DNA of 64,000 nucleotides from Rhodosorus marinus CCMP1338. Taxonomy: Eukaryota; Plantae; Rhodophyta. Below are positions 1 through 8,524 of the stretch, one piece after another. A program made the position numbers and the translations under genes. Position 1 is the first letter of the stretch. Every line of letters begins with the position of its first letter. The notes beneath the pieces are model-generated. The model saw only the letters and a list, made by a program, of their open reading frames with translations, ran no database searches and was not told the origin of the DNA. The DNA is taken from contig JAMWBK010000004.1 in the NCBI GenBank assembly GCA_029953675.1, positions 1 through 64,000 on the forward strand, in the 5' to 3' direction.

Positions 1-423
1 CTAACGTAACCCCAGACTAACGTAACCCCAGACTAACGTAACCCCAGACTAACGTAACCCCAGACTAACGTAACCCCAGACTAACGTAACCCCAGACTAA
101 CGTAACCCCAGACTAACGTAACCCCAGACTAACGTAACCCCAGACTAACGTAACCCCAGACTAACGTAACCCCAGACTAACGTAACCCCAGACTAACGTA
201 ACCCCAGACTAACGTAACCCCAGACTAACGTAACCCCAGACTAACGTAACCCCAGACTAACGTAACCCCAGACTAACGTAACCCCAGACTAACGTAACCC
301 CAGACTAACGTAAACCCATAAACCCCAGACTAACGTAAACCCCAGACTAACGTAACCCCAGACTAACGTAACCCCAGACTAACGTAACCCCAGACTAACG
401 TAACCCCAGACTAACGTAACCCC
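1..423 (+). repeat. Terminal telomeric array (CTAACGTAACCCCAGA)n, C-rich strand, ~26 units
   Basis: Perfect 16-nt tandem repeat from base 1 with a few variant units near 310-340. G4 run on the opposite strand. The same unit recurs as short tracts at retroelement junctions. Confidence 0.93.
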
Positions 424-832
424 TCAAACCCCTAGGTGGGGGTTTCATTGAGGCGGCTTTCTCCTCAAGGGCCGTCCAGACCCGCTGGAACTCTCCTTCT
501 AGTACATGTGCGACCTGTACCCCTGTGTCAAGGGTGGAGTGGCCCAGGACCAGACCCGGAAGGCCGACGAGAAGCAGGCTCGCTAATGGAGGTGCTGTCG
601 CGTCCAGAGAAAGCTCGAGGGCAGCCCGAAGAAGCCGGCTCCATGTAGAAACGTGTGCTCGGGGCACGAAGCGTCGTGTGGGCACCGGGCAATGTGTGAT
701 GCGCGTCCAATGCCTCCCCTCCTCCGTGATCTCAGCTACGAAAGCGTTCCAGCGGCAAATCCAGGCCTCCCGGTCAGAGAAGAACAGAGGCTCTTCTCGT
801 GGGCGTTTACGTCCCCTGCGTCTGGACGGCAT
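424..832 (-). CDS. ORF2 (RT-RLE protein) N-terminus, truncated; reads into the telomere repeat
   Basis: Aligns with residues 1-~140 of the intact family D ORF2 (WxxRWxxFVxELTxxGRxWTRLxHCPVxTRRFxP). Confidence 0.8.
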
Positions 833-2414
833 TATGATTGCTCGTTGTCCTGCGCTTCCTGCTGAACCGACGGGTTTGTATTGGCTGCAGTTTCAGGTTG
901 TAGTCCATTCTCGCTCGGTGTGGGGTCGAGGGGAGCTGGTGTCATTTCTGCATCCGTGCTAGATCCGTTGGCAGACCGGCGCGAGCGCTTAAGTTGAGGA
1001 GGTTCCGGCAAGTTGCACGAGAGTTCCGCATGGGGATTGTCCTCTTCTTCCACATCCTGCGGTACTTGGGATGTTCCACCGGAGTCACCCTGAGTGGCAA
1101 CAGTCCCACAGGCTGCCTGTGCATCGTCCGGAGACGACGAGGCTTCAGCGGCTGCGTTTGGTGCGGCTGCAGTCGTTAGGGGTTCCGCGCTCTCCCTGGA
1201 TACCGCAGGTTGCTGTTGAAGGGCTTGTAACTTTTCAAGCCGTTGGTCCAGCATCTCGTGCACTCGGGCGAGAGTTGTAAACGAGAGATGTCGACGGCTC
1301 AGCCGCGCGCGGATGCGTATGATCTGCTCGATCGCTCGTCTCAGCGTTTGAGCCCTGACATCTCCGCCGGCGAGTCGTTGCCGCTCGTTGAACCCCAGCA
1401 GGTTATCCGCCTCTAAACCGTGCCCGGTGTACAGGCTCACCTGTCGATCGGGGTGTCGCATGGTAAAGGATCCGAAAATCCCAGTCCGGAACACACCCCG
1501 GCTGATTGCGCTTTGGAGAAGAGGAATTGCATCAGGGTGGCACACGAGGCTCACGTGTGAAGAGATAAAGTCCAAATGCGCCACATACGAGCCGGGAATG
1601 CCCAACGCCCGGCAGAGGACCGTAGTGAAGTCAGAAGCAGCCACCTCATCCTGTCGTGGGGACGGATATTTCGGAGGGTAACAAGCACTGGCGTGGTCTC
1701 AGGGCCCCAGCTGGCCCCTCCCACTGTGGCGTGTAACTGCTTCAGGGCGGCATGTTGCGTCTGCGGCCCAGGCCTTCGCATGGTGCGGATGGGTGTCTCT
1801 ACACCGTTCTCTGGTACTTCTACCGCCGAAACCGCCGCGTAGGTGGGTCTGGGGGTGTCATTCCCAAGGGCCGGGAAAGCCGTCTCAAACCGGACACCGG
1901 CAGGGACACCTGTCCCGACTGGAACTTGATTGAAGCCCGTTCCGGCCGCAAGTTGATTGACCACCGCCGTCGGCCGGTGATGCGCCGAAGCTCCCGAGGG
2001 ATTCGAAGTCTGTGCAGAAGCTTGCCACATGTGGGGCTTCTGTGCAAGTTCCGTGAGGCGGCTGGTGACATTATGTATCTCTGTGGTACTGTTAATGCGC
2101 GAGTAGAGATTGAAGACTGCTTTGTAGAAGTTCGCGATGTCCTGCTCCCCAATTCCGAGGGCGTGATAGCACTGATCGTAGCTTCGAAGTTGGTGGAGGA
2201 ACGTGTTAGCGGGAGAGAATGACGTAGAAGGCTCTGTCCGACTCCCCTCCTGGCACGGTTCTTCTGGGCGTAAAGTAGTCGCTTGTAGTCCATCATGTGA
2301 CCCATGCCCGTCCTCTCGTTCAGCAATTGGAGAGGCAGGCAGCATTCCGCTCATTGCACCGGTATTCTTCGAATTCCCCTCCCCAAACAGAGGGGAAGTG
2401 CCAGTGTTTGGCAT
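832..2414 (-). pseudogene. ORF1 of family E copy 1, with one frameshift near 1660
   Basis: ORFs 1551..2414 and 832..1644 join by a single missing C in a C-run (compare RNVRPPRMDEVA at ~19400). Stop TAA overlaps the ORF2 ATG at 830-834. Confidence 0.75.
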
Positions 2415-2465
2415 ATTTTACCCCAGGCGAACCAAACCTACAAACTTAATTGCGAACCTTATCCA

Positions 2466-2515
2466 ATAACCCCAGATACCCCAGACTATCGTCATAACCC
2501 CAGACTAACGTAACC
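2466..2515 (+). repeat. Interstitial telomeric tract with variant units
   Basis: AACCCCAGATACCCCAGACTATCGTCATAACCCCAGACTAACGTAACC. Confidence 0.85.
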
Positions 2516-2916
2516 GTGAGCTTTATTGGGCAGTCGCCTAATGCGACGTAACACTAAGCCGATTGCTATCTAGGGAATCACTCACAACAACCCCGCTACC
2601 GGGGTCTCATGCTACGTTCAAAAGAAAAAACAGGAACCAGTGGGTTCTCCAACTGGTCCGCACGTAGAGCGCCAAGCGCAATCGCCGCGTTGCCCTGCCA
2701 TAGGATCCTGTTTAACTGGGATCGTGCATCCCTCAGCTCCTCATCTCGATGCAACAAGTGTTTACAACTGTCCCGCAAAAAGTCTTGCGTCAACCTCCCG
2801 CTCCGCCCAAAGGTCTCTATCGCGATCGGGATGAACTTCTCCTCGGGCTTTTCCACACTCATCGCCTCTTTATAGTGCGCGAGCTTGTAGTTCTCCGCCA
2901 GTTTCGCTGCATACCC
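2516..2916 (-). mobile_element. Family A, 5'-truncated copy (RLE C-terminus and intact 3' UTR)
   Basis: ORF 2596..2940 contains KLAHYKE...FIPIAIETFGR. The 3' end AATAAAGCTCAC is joined to GGTTACG. Confidence 0.88.
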
Positions 2917-3029
2917 CCAGACTAACGTAACCGCGTACACTTTACTGAAGAACTCCCTATTGGAAACCCCAGACTAACCCCAGACTAACGTAACCCCCAA
3001 ACCTAGCATAACCCCAGACTAACGTAACC
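2917..3029 (+). repeat. Telomeric tracts enclosing a 32-bp family B 3'-terminal stub (2933-2964)
   Basis: GCGTACACTTTACTGAAGAACTCCCTATTGGA is identical to 3030-3061 and lies between repeat units. Confidence 0.85.
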
Positions 3030-6000
3030 GCGTACACTTTACTGAAGAACTCCCTATTGGAGCCCATTAAGAAGCAATAAGGATCCTATTGGTCAGCAAA
3101 GAAACCCCTAATGGGTTGTGTGGCTACGTTCTAAGATAGGGACGATGTCATAGTCTGCTTCGTCGACACGACGTGCCTGGGTGGCAAGGATAGCGTTTCC
3201 TTTCCACAAAGTGCGGTTCAAGATCGCCCGAGCCTCACTTACTTGCGTTGCCCGCTGATCCAGGTGTATAGTCGCTTCCTTGAGGAACTCACTCGCTTGT
3301 TGTCCCATCTGCCCAAATGTTTCCAGGCAGAAGGGGACGAAGATGTCGTCGTTATGTTCTCCGATACTGTCACGGTATTTGGACTCTTTAAACTTTTCCG
3401 CTTTCCGTGCCGCATACCCGGTCTCCCAAGACGCTTTGTGGAGGTGTGTTCTTTGCAAAGGCGAGGTCACCTTCACATCGATCACGTAGAGCTTGCCTGT
3501 TCGTGGGTGTCGGGCTAGAATGTCAGGCCGAAGCCGACTGCCTTGGTAGTGTCCGGTCGGTTCTATTGTCACTTCTAGTCGCCATTGTCTCAGCACTGTC
3601 GCCAGGGCGTCCCTGACCATGTTATGCCGAATTGTCCAACTGCCGGTAGAGCTGGTGCAGTGGTGAAGGCGTTGAATGCCTGCAGCGTCGTGTGGTTGGG
3701 AACATATCGTACACGTACTAAGTATTCGTACACCCGGCAGGGGTAATCCCAACAGTTGTCGAAGGCTCAGGTTCAGTTCTCCGCTACTTAGGCCGCGTCC
3801 GTGTTTCCTTGGCAAGTCTCGCAGCCAAGTACCCCCTCCTGATCCCTTGCAGGAGCGTATTCGCGCACGTGCCGTCTCGCTGATCTCCGCGTTCTCCACC
3901 ATTTCCTCGAATGCCCGTCGGTGACTCCAGTTGGAGAGGAGTTTTTGGGTTGAACCGATCAAGGGCCTGTCGGGTGGTGTGTGCGGGTTCTCTGCTTGTT
4001 CTTGGCTCTCCAACGATTGCCATTCTGTTAGGCGAAGTATGGGGGCCGGTGTTCCTCGTGCCAGGCAGCGTTTTGAGTGGAGGCTCGCTTCGATTAGTTG
4101 TGCTCCAAGTTGATCCGTCGAGTGGAGCAGGGGTCGAATGTGATGGTGCTCGGTCAGGTTCGTCGATGTGCAGGCATCGAGTAGCGCTCCTAGGTGGCTA
4201 GATCCAGTCCAATTGAGCTTCAGAGTCTGTCGCCAACTGCTGAAGAAGGCGAGGGGTTGTATTCGTGTTCTCATCGCTAGGCCTGCGCCACCCCATCGGC
4301 AAGGGAGCTGGATCTGCGCTTCGACCACGTCTTTTGCGGGTCCTGTGAGGCCCTGGCCTTCGAGGAGCGAGCCGCACAGTTTGTCGAGTTCCAGGAGCGA
4401 GATGCGATCGGCTTCGCGTGCGAGATTGGCTCCGTATTGTAGGGCGAGCGTGCGTAGAGCAAAGTCTAGACGCGGTCCTGCGCAGTAGCGGAATAGGCAC
4501 AGTTTAATTGGTAGCTCAGTGGTCGGTAGACGGATGACCTCTTGGACGAGTTTTTCATGTTCTCGTTGTAGCTTCCTGTTCGCGTCTTGGACGTAGGTCC
4601 GTGTGCCAATAGGGATGGAATAAAGTTGGATTCCGTCCCGGGTGACATGTACGTCGGGAATTTCCCTGTTGACGAGTCTGGTCGTCGGCAGTTGGAGTCC
4701 AAAAAGCTCGCATTTCGTCCTTTGAAGTTGTGCGCCTATTTCGGGGAGGTGGTGCTCGCTCCAGTGTAGCGCTTCTTTCACGTCCTTCAGAGGGCCAAGT
4801 AAGGTGAGGTCGTCGTGGATTGCGCTAAGGGTGATCCTCGGAAACCGGTCTCGTAGTGCTCGTAGGAGTGGGGAAAGGGCGAGCGCGTGTAAAGCAGGTC
4901 CCAACGGATCGCCTTGTTGGACTCCAGTCCAGGCTCGGAGCTGGAGCCAGTCATCGACATCGCTGTCTCGCCATCCGAATTGGCGTGGGGCGCTCTCGCC
5001 TCGTGGTCCGTAGCTCATTGTCATATGCGGCTTCAATTCGGGGAAAGCTAGCTCGATGATACGGTTTGCGAGGCGTCGGTCGATTCTGTTGAACGCGTTT
5101 GCGAGATCAAGTTTGAGGAGCACGTCATTTGGGCGCGCTGCGAGGTGGGCTTCCGCGAGGTGGATGGCGTGTTCGCAGCCGCCGCTGACCGAGATGCCGA
5201 GTTGTTCCGGGAGCAGAAAGTCGCGAAGGGGCGTGGCGACAGCGCGAAGTGTCCATTGGGTGACGGCCTTCCGCAGTACCTCAGGAATCCCTAGCGGGCG
5301 TAGGCGAAGAGGGTACCCTTGTCTAGCTTCGGCAGACGTTCGCTTGTCTTTCGCGAGGAGTCGGTTGCTGCGCATGGCTTCGAGAAACACGTCAGGGAAG
5401 CTCTCCGGAGTGGTGGCAAGCTTGCGAAGGAAGCGTACAAGTACCGGTTGCGTTGTCATGGTGAGACTTCGCAGATGTTCGGCTTTGAGTCCACTCGGCC
5501 CGGGGGCTGTGGCGTACGGTAGGTGTTCCAGCGTTGACAGGAGGCTCTCGTCAGAGGCCAAAGTCGGGTCCCATATCTTGCGTTGCAGTCCGTTGAGCTT
5601 TGCCTGTAGGGCGTCTTCAAGCTCCGAGGAGAGCGTTGCGGCCTCGTACTCAGGGAAGAGCGTAGTCAGAACGCGCCAGGTGGCAGGAGTCTTCGAGGCA
5701 AGATCGGTGGCCAGTAGGAGTTGGCTAGACTGGGACATACGTTGAGCTGTGGCGAGTTGTAGGGCTCGTTTCTGTCGGTGGCGGGTCTGAGGCGGCGGAG
5801 GTACGATACAGTTGGTGTCAAGGGTTTTGCTGTGAGCAGTAAGGTGTTCCCACACCGTGGAGAACCTTCCGTCCATAACGGCGAGCATCTGCGCAGAAGG
5901 GGCCAGGTCGCCTGTGTAGCCGAGTGCGAGACTGGGGAGAGCGAAGATGAACAGGCGTGACAGGTTCGGCGCTGACGTATCAAGGGCAAGTTCCAGGGCT

Positions 6001-6085
6001 TTCGACATGAGATGGTTCCAGCGTGTTTTCAGGTTATCGGGGACGAATTGGCGAGTAGGCGTCGGAGCCTGAGTCAGCTGCCACC
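3030..6085 (-). mobile_element. Family B, 5'-truncated copy with nearly complete RT-CCHC-RLE coding region and 3' UTR
   Basis: RT motifs LKLDLANAFNRIDR, GVQQGDPLGP and AIHDDLTLLG; knuckle CTICSQPHDAAGIQRLHHC; RLE RPDILA...VIDVKV...K. The 3' end is joined to GGTTACG. Confidence 0.92.
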
Positions 6086-7106
6086 CCAGACTGTCCCGCA
6101 AAAAGTCTTGCGTCAACCTCCCGCTCCGCCCAAAGGTCTCTATCGCGATCGGGATGAACTTCTCCTCGGGCTTTTCCACACTCATCGCCTCTTTATAGTG
6201 CGCAAGCTTGTAGTTCTCCGCCAGTTTCGCTGCATACCCGTTTTCTGCACTGCCACGCCTTATGTACTTTTCCTGTAGCGGTGAAATCACCGTCACATCG
6301 ATCGCGTACTTTTGAAAGGTCTTTGGATGGGTCGCCACGATATCTGGTCGCAGCTGGTAATTCTCAAAATACCTCTGCGGTTCTTGCTGTATGTCAAGAA
6401 AATTCCATCGGTTGAGCCATCTCCCTAGCTCCGTACAGAGCTCGTCGTGCCGTCTCTGCCATAGTCCCGTCGATGTTGGACAGTGTTGAAATCGTTGCAC
6501 CCCATTTGGGCCATGTTTCCTACGGCAACTGGTGCACTGCTCCGTTGTCCGCAACCCCGGAATCGGCAGCCCCAGCAGTTGTCGAACATTTACCTGCAAT
6601 TCCTGTGAGTCCAGCTTTCTCGGCTCTAGCAACGGTAGTTCCCGCAGCCATACCCCCGAACCCGAGCCGGCCGCCGATCGGATTCTTGCACGGTGTTCAT
6701 GCGAAACGCCCTCGTTGCCGACCAAACGTTGGAACGCGCGATGGTGTGCCTCCCTAGAGAGGGTTTGTTGTATTGAACCATGGTTCCAATCGCGAGGGGA
6801 GTCCGCTACTTCAGGTGCGGCTTCGTCTCTCAATTCGGGCAGCTTGGCCAGTCTCCGGATCCGCGGCGCCGTGTCTGGGCACAGTCTCCGCTCTATAGCA
6901 CGACTAGACGCGCGGATTTGCTCACCGATCGTCTCCGTTGACACCTGCAGTCGGCCTAGGTGGCTGATGTGTATGTCGCCACCTTGCCTGACCTGTCGCT
7001 CCACCTCCGTTATATAGGGCCACTGACCCGCATGGTCTCTCAGGGTCTGCGCCCAGGCCGAGAAGAACGCAATCGGCTGTATTCTTGCACGGGTCGCGAA
7101 CCCCAA
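3108..7106 (-). CDS. 1332-aa chimeric open frame: family A CCHC+RLE fused in frame to family B RT+CCHC+RLE (no native start)
   Basis: Continuous ORF. The junction at 6083-6092 is the telomeric 10-mer ACCCCAGACT overlapping both parents (compare 2766-2790 for A and 23311-23340 for B). Confidence 0.75.
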   Translation of the reverse strand: MGFATRARIQPIAFFSAWAQTLRDHAGQWPYITEVERQVRQGGDIHISHLGRLQVSTETIGEQIRASSRAIERRLCPDTAPRIRRLAKLPELRDEAAPEVADSPRDWNHGSIQQTLSREAHHRAFQRLVGNEGVSHEHRARIRSAAGSGSGVWLRELPLLEPRKLDSQELQVNVRQLLGLPIPGLRTTEQCTSCRRKHGPNGVQRFQHCPTSTGLWQRRHDELCTELGRWLNRWNFLDIQQEPQRYFENYQLRPDIVATHPKTFQKYAIDVTVISPLQEKYIRRGSAENGYAAKLAENYKLAHYKEAMSVEKPEEKFIPIAIETFGRSGRLTQDFLRDSLGWQLTQAPTPTRQFVPDNLKTRWNHLMSKALELALDTSAPNLSRLFIFALPSLALGYTGDLAPSAQMLAVMDGRFSTVWEHLTAHSKTLDTNCIVPPPPQTRHRQKRALQLATAQRMSQSSQLLLATDLASKTPATWRVLTTLFPEYEAATLSSELEDALQAKLNGLQRKIWDPTLASDESLLSTLEHLPYATAPGPSGLKAEHLRSLTMTTQPVLVRFLRKLATTPESFPDVFLEAMRSNRLLAKDKRTSAEARQGYPLRLRPLGIPEVLRKAVTQWTLRAVATPLRDFLLPEQLGISVSGGCEHAIHLAEAHLAARPNDVLLKLDLANAFNRIDRRLANRIIELAFPELKPHMTMSYGPRGESAPRQFGWRDSDVDDWLQLRAWTGVQQGDPLGPALHALALSPLLRALRDRFPRITLSAIHDDLTLLGPLKDVKEALHWSEHHLPEIGAQLQRTKCELFGLQLPTTRLVNREIPDVHVTRDGIQLYSIPIGTRTYVQDANRKLQREHEKLVQEVIRLPTTELPIKLCLFRYCAGPRLDFALRTLALQYGANLAREADRISLLELDKLCGSLLEGQGLTGPAKDVVEAQIQLPCRWGGAGLAMRTRIQPLAFFSSWRQTLKLNWTGSSHLGALLDACTSTNLTEHHHIRPLLHSTDQLGAQLIEASLHSKRCLARGTPAPILRLTEWQSLESQEQAENPHTPPDRPLIGSTQKLLSNWSHRRAFEEMVENAEISETARARIRSCKGSGGGTWLRDLPRKHGRGLSSGELNLSLRQLLGLPLPGVRILSTCTICSQPHDAAGIQRLHHCTSSTGSWTIRHNMVRDALATVLRQWRLEVTIEPTGHYQGSRLRPDILARHPRTGKLYVIDVKVTSPLQRTHLHKASWETGYAARKAEKFKESKYRDSIGEHNDDIFVPFCLETFGQMGQQASEFLKEATIHLDQRATQVSEARAILNRTLWKGNAILATQARRVDEADYDIVPILERSHTTH

Positions 7107-7112
7107 TCCGCC
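6090..7112 (-). mobile_element. Family A fragment truncated at both ends
   Basis: 6090-6240 is identical to 2767-2916. Knuckle CTSCRRKHGPNGVQRFQHC and RPDIVA..AIDVTV. Telomeric tract 7113-7132 at the 5' junction. Confidence 0.88.
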
Positions 7113-7132
7113 CCCCCCAGACTAACGTAACC

Positions 7133-7295
7133 GTGAGCTTTATTGGGCAGTCGCCTAATGCGACGTAACACTAAGCCGATTGCTATCTAGGGAATCACTC
7201 ACAACAACCCCGCTACCGGGGTCTCATGCTACGTTCAAAAGAAAAAACAGGAACCAGTGGGTTCTCCAACTGGTCCGCACGTAGAGCGCCAAGCG
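7133..7295 (-). mobile_element. Family A short 3'-terminal copy
   Basis: Identical to 2516-2678; flanked by telomeric repeats. Confidence 0.88.
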
Positions 7296-7296
7296 T

Positions 7297-7343
7297 GTAA
7301 CCCCAGACTAACGTACACTTTACTGAAGAACCCCAGACTAACC
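7297..7343 (+). repeat. Telomeric units enclosing a ~20-bp family B 3' stub (7311-7330)
   Basis: TAACCCCAGACTA-ACGTACACTTTACTGAAGAA-CCCCAGACTAACC. Confidence 0.75.
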
Positions 7344-7371
7344 TCAGCCTCCGATTAAACCATTCGTTCGT

Positions 7372-8385
7372 AATGGTGACACCACCGTCACATCCAGCGC
7401 ATACCTTTGTTTGGTCCTCGGATGTCTAGCAACGATATCAGGTCTCAGTCCGTAGTTCTCGTTCTCGAAGTACCCCTCAGGTTCTTGCTCTACGTCCATG
7501 AAGTTCCATCGCCTTAGCCACCGTGCCAGCTCTCTGCAGATTTCGTCATGCCTACGTTGCCACAGTCCAGTTGATGTTGGGCAGTGATGCAACCGTTGTA
7601 CCCCAGTCCTTCCGTGTTTACTCCGGCAACTAGTGCACTTCTCGGTGGTCCGCAATCCCGGAATTGGCAGACCCAGCAGTTGTCGAACGTTTACCTGCAT
7701 CTCAACCGCACTCAATTTTTTCGGTGTCAGCGTTGGTATTTCACGTAGCCAGACTCCCGACCCGGATCCCGCGGCAGACCGTATTCGAGCTCGGTTTTCA
7801 GGGGAGATTCGTGGGTTGGTGACCAGCTTTTGGAATGCACAATGGTGTGCCTCTCGAGAGAGGGTTTGTTGTATTGAACCATTATTCCAAGCTGCAGTCT
7901 CGCCCGGTGCGCTTCGAAGAGATGTTTCTCGCGGTTGTTGCAGGGTAGTCAGTGCCAAGATCCGCGGCGGGGTTTCTGGTCCGAGCCTCCGTTGTATTGC
8001 TCGCGACGATGCACAGATCTGGTCCGCCAGCTGTGCAGTCGACCATCGTTGATCCATCGGCTCGTATGTGTCTGGTGAGCGTTCTGCCGTAACCTCCCGC
8101 TCTAGTTCAGTCAGGTATGGCCATTTATCTTCATTGTTCCGGAAGGTGTTTCTCCATGACGAGTAAAACGCGATGGGTTGGACGTGCTTTCGAGTAGCGA
8201 AACCCAAACCTCCCCAGCAGCAGGGCAGAGCGATTTGGTCCGAGATCAGCTCTGCGTACTCATCGTCCTCTACAGCTGTCGTAGCGAGGCTGCCGAAGAG
8301 AATTTCCAGGTGATATCTGGTCATCACGTCGGCCTCGCGTGCCAGATTTCTTCCAAACTCGTATGCGAGGCATCGTAGCACATAG
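7372..8385 (-). mobile_element. Family A2 fragment (post-RT region, CCHC, RLE start)
   Basis: Knuckle CTSCRSKHGRTGVQRLHHC and RPDIVARHP..ALDVTV. 8140-8385 matches 21110-21394 in reverse complement. Confidence 0.85.
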
Positions 8386-8524
8386 CACTGCCGGCGTGGA
8401 GACGGAATAGGTTCACCCCTCGGTGAAGTTGCTGCTTGCAAACCGTTTACTTGTCGATACTGTATTTAATTTGCACGGAATATTAACAAAGAACCCCACA
8501 AGACAACGGAAAATTCACAGAGGC

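Larger units (their letters stand above)
424..2465 (-). mobile_element. Telomeric RLE non-LTR element, family E copy 1: 5' end, ORF1 and start of ORF2, 3'-truncated by the terminal telomere
   Basis: ORF1 (2414-832) and ORF2 N-terminus (MPSRRRGRKRPREEPLFFSDREAW) are homologous to 19226-20942 and to the N-terminus of intact ORF2 at 29917. Flanked by telomeric repeats on both sides. Confidence 0.85.

Noticed and set aside
1-423. CRISPR array or bacterial repeat interpretation of the 16-nt repeats
   Set aside because: No unique spacers in the terminal array, no cas genes, and the context is eukaryotic (non-LTR and Gypsy elements, spliceosomal intron).
3001-3016. ACCTAGCATAACCCC resembles the start of the T7 terminator (vector contamination)
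   Set aside because: The rest of the terminator is absent; it sits in register within telomeric units and is best read as a variant repeat.
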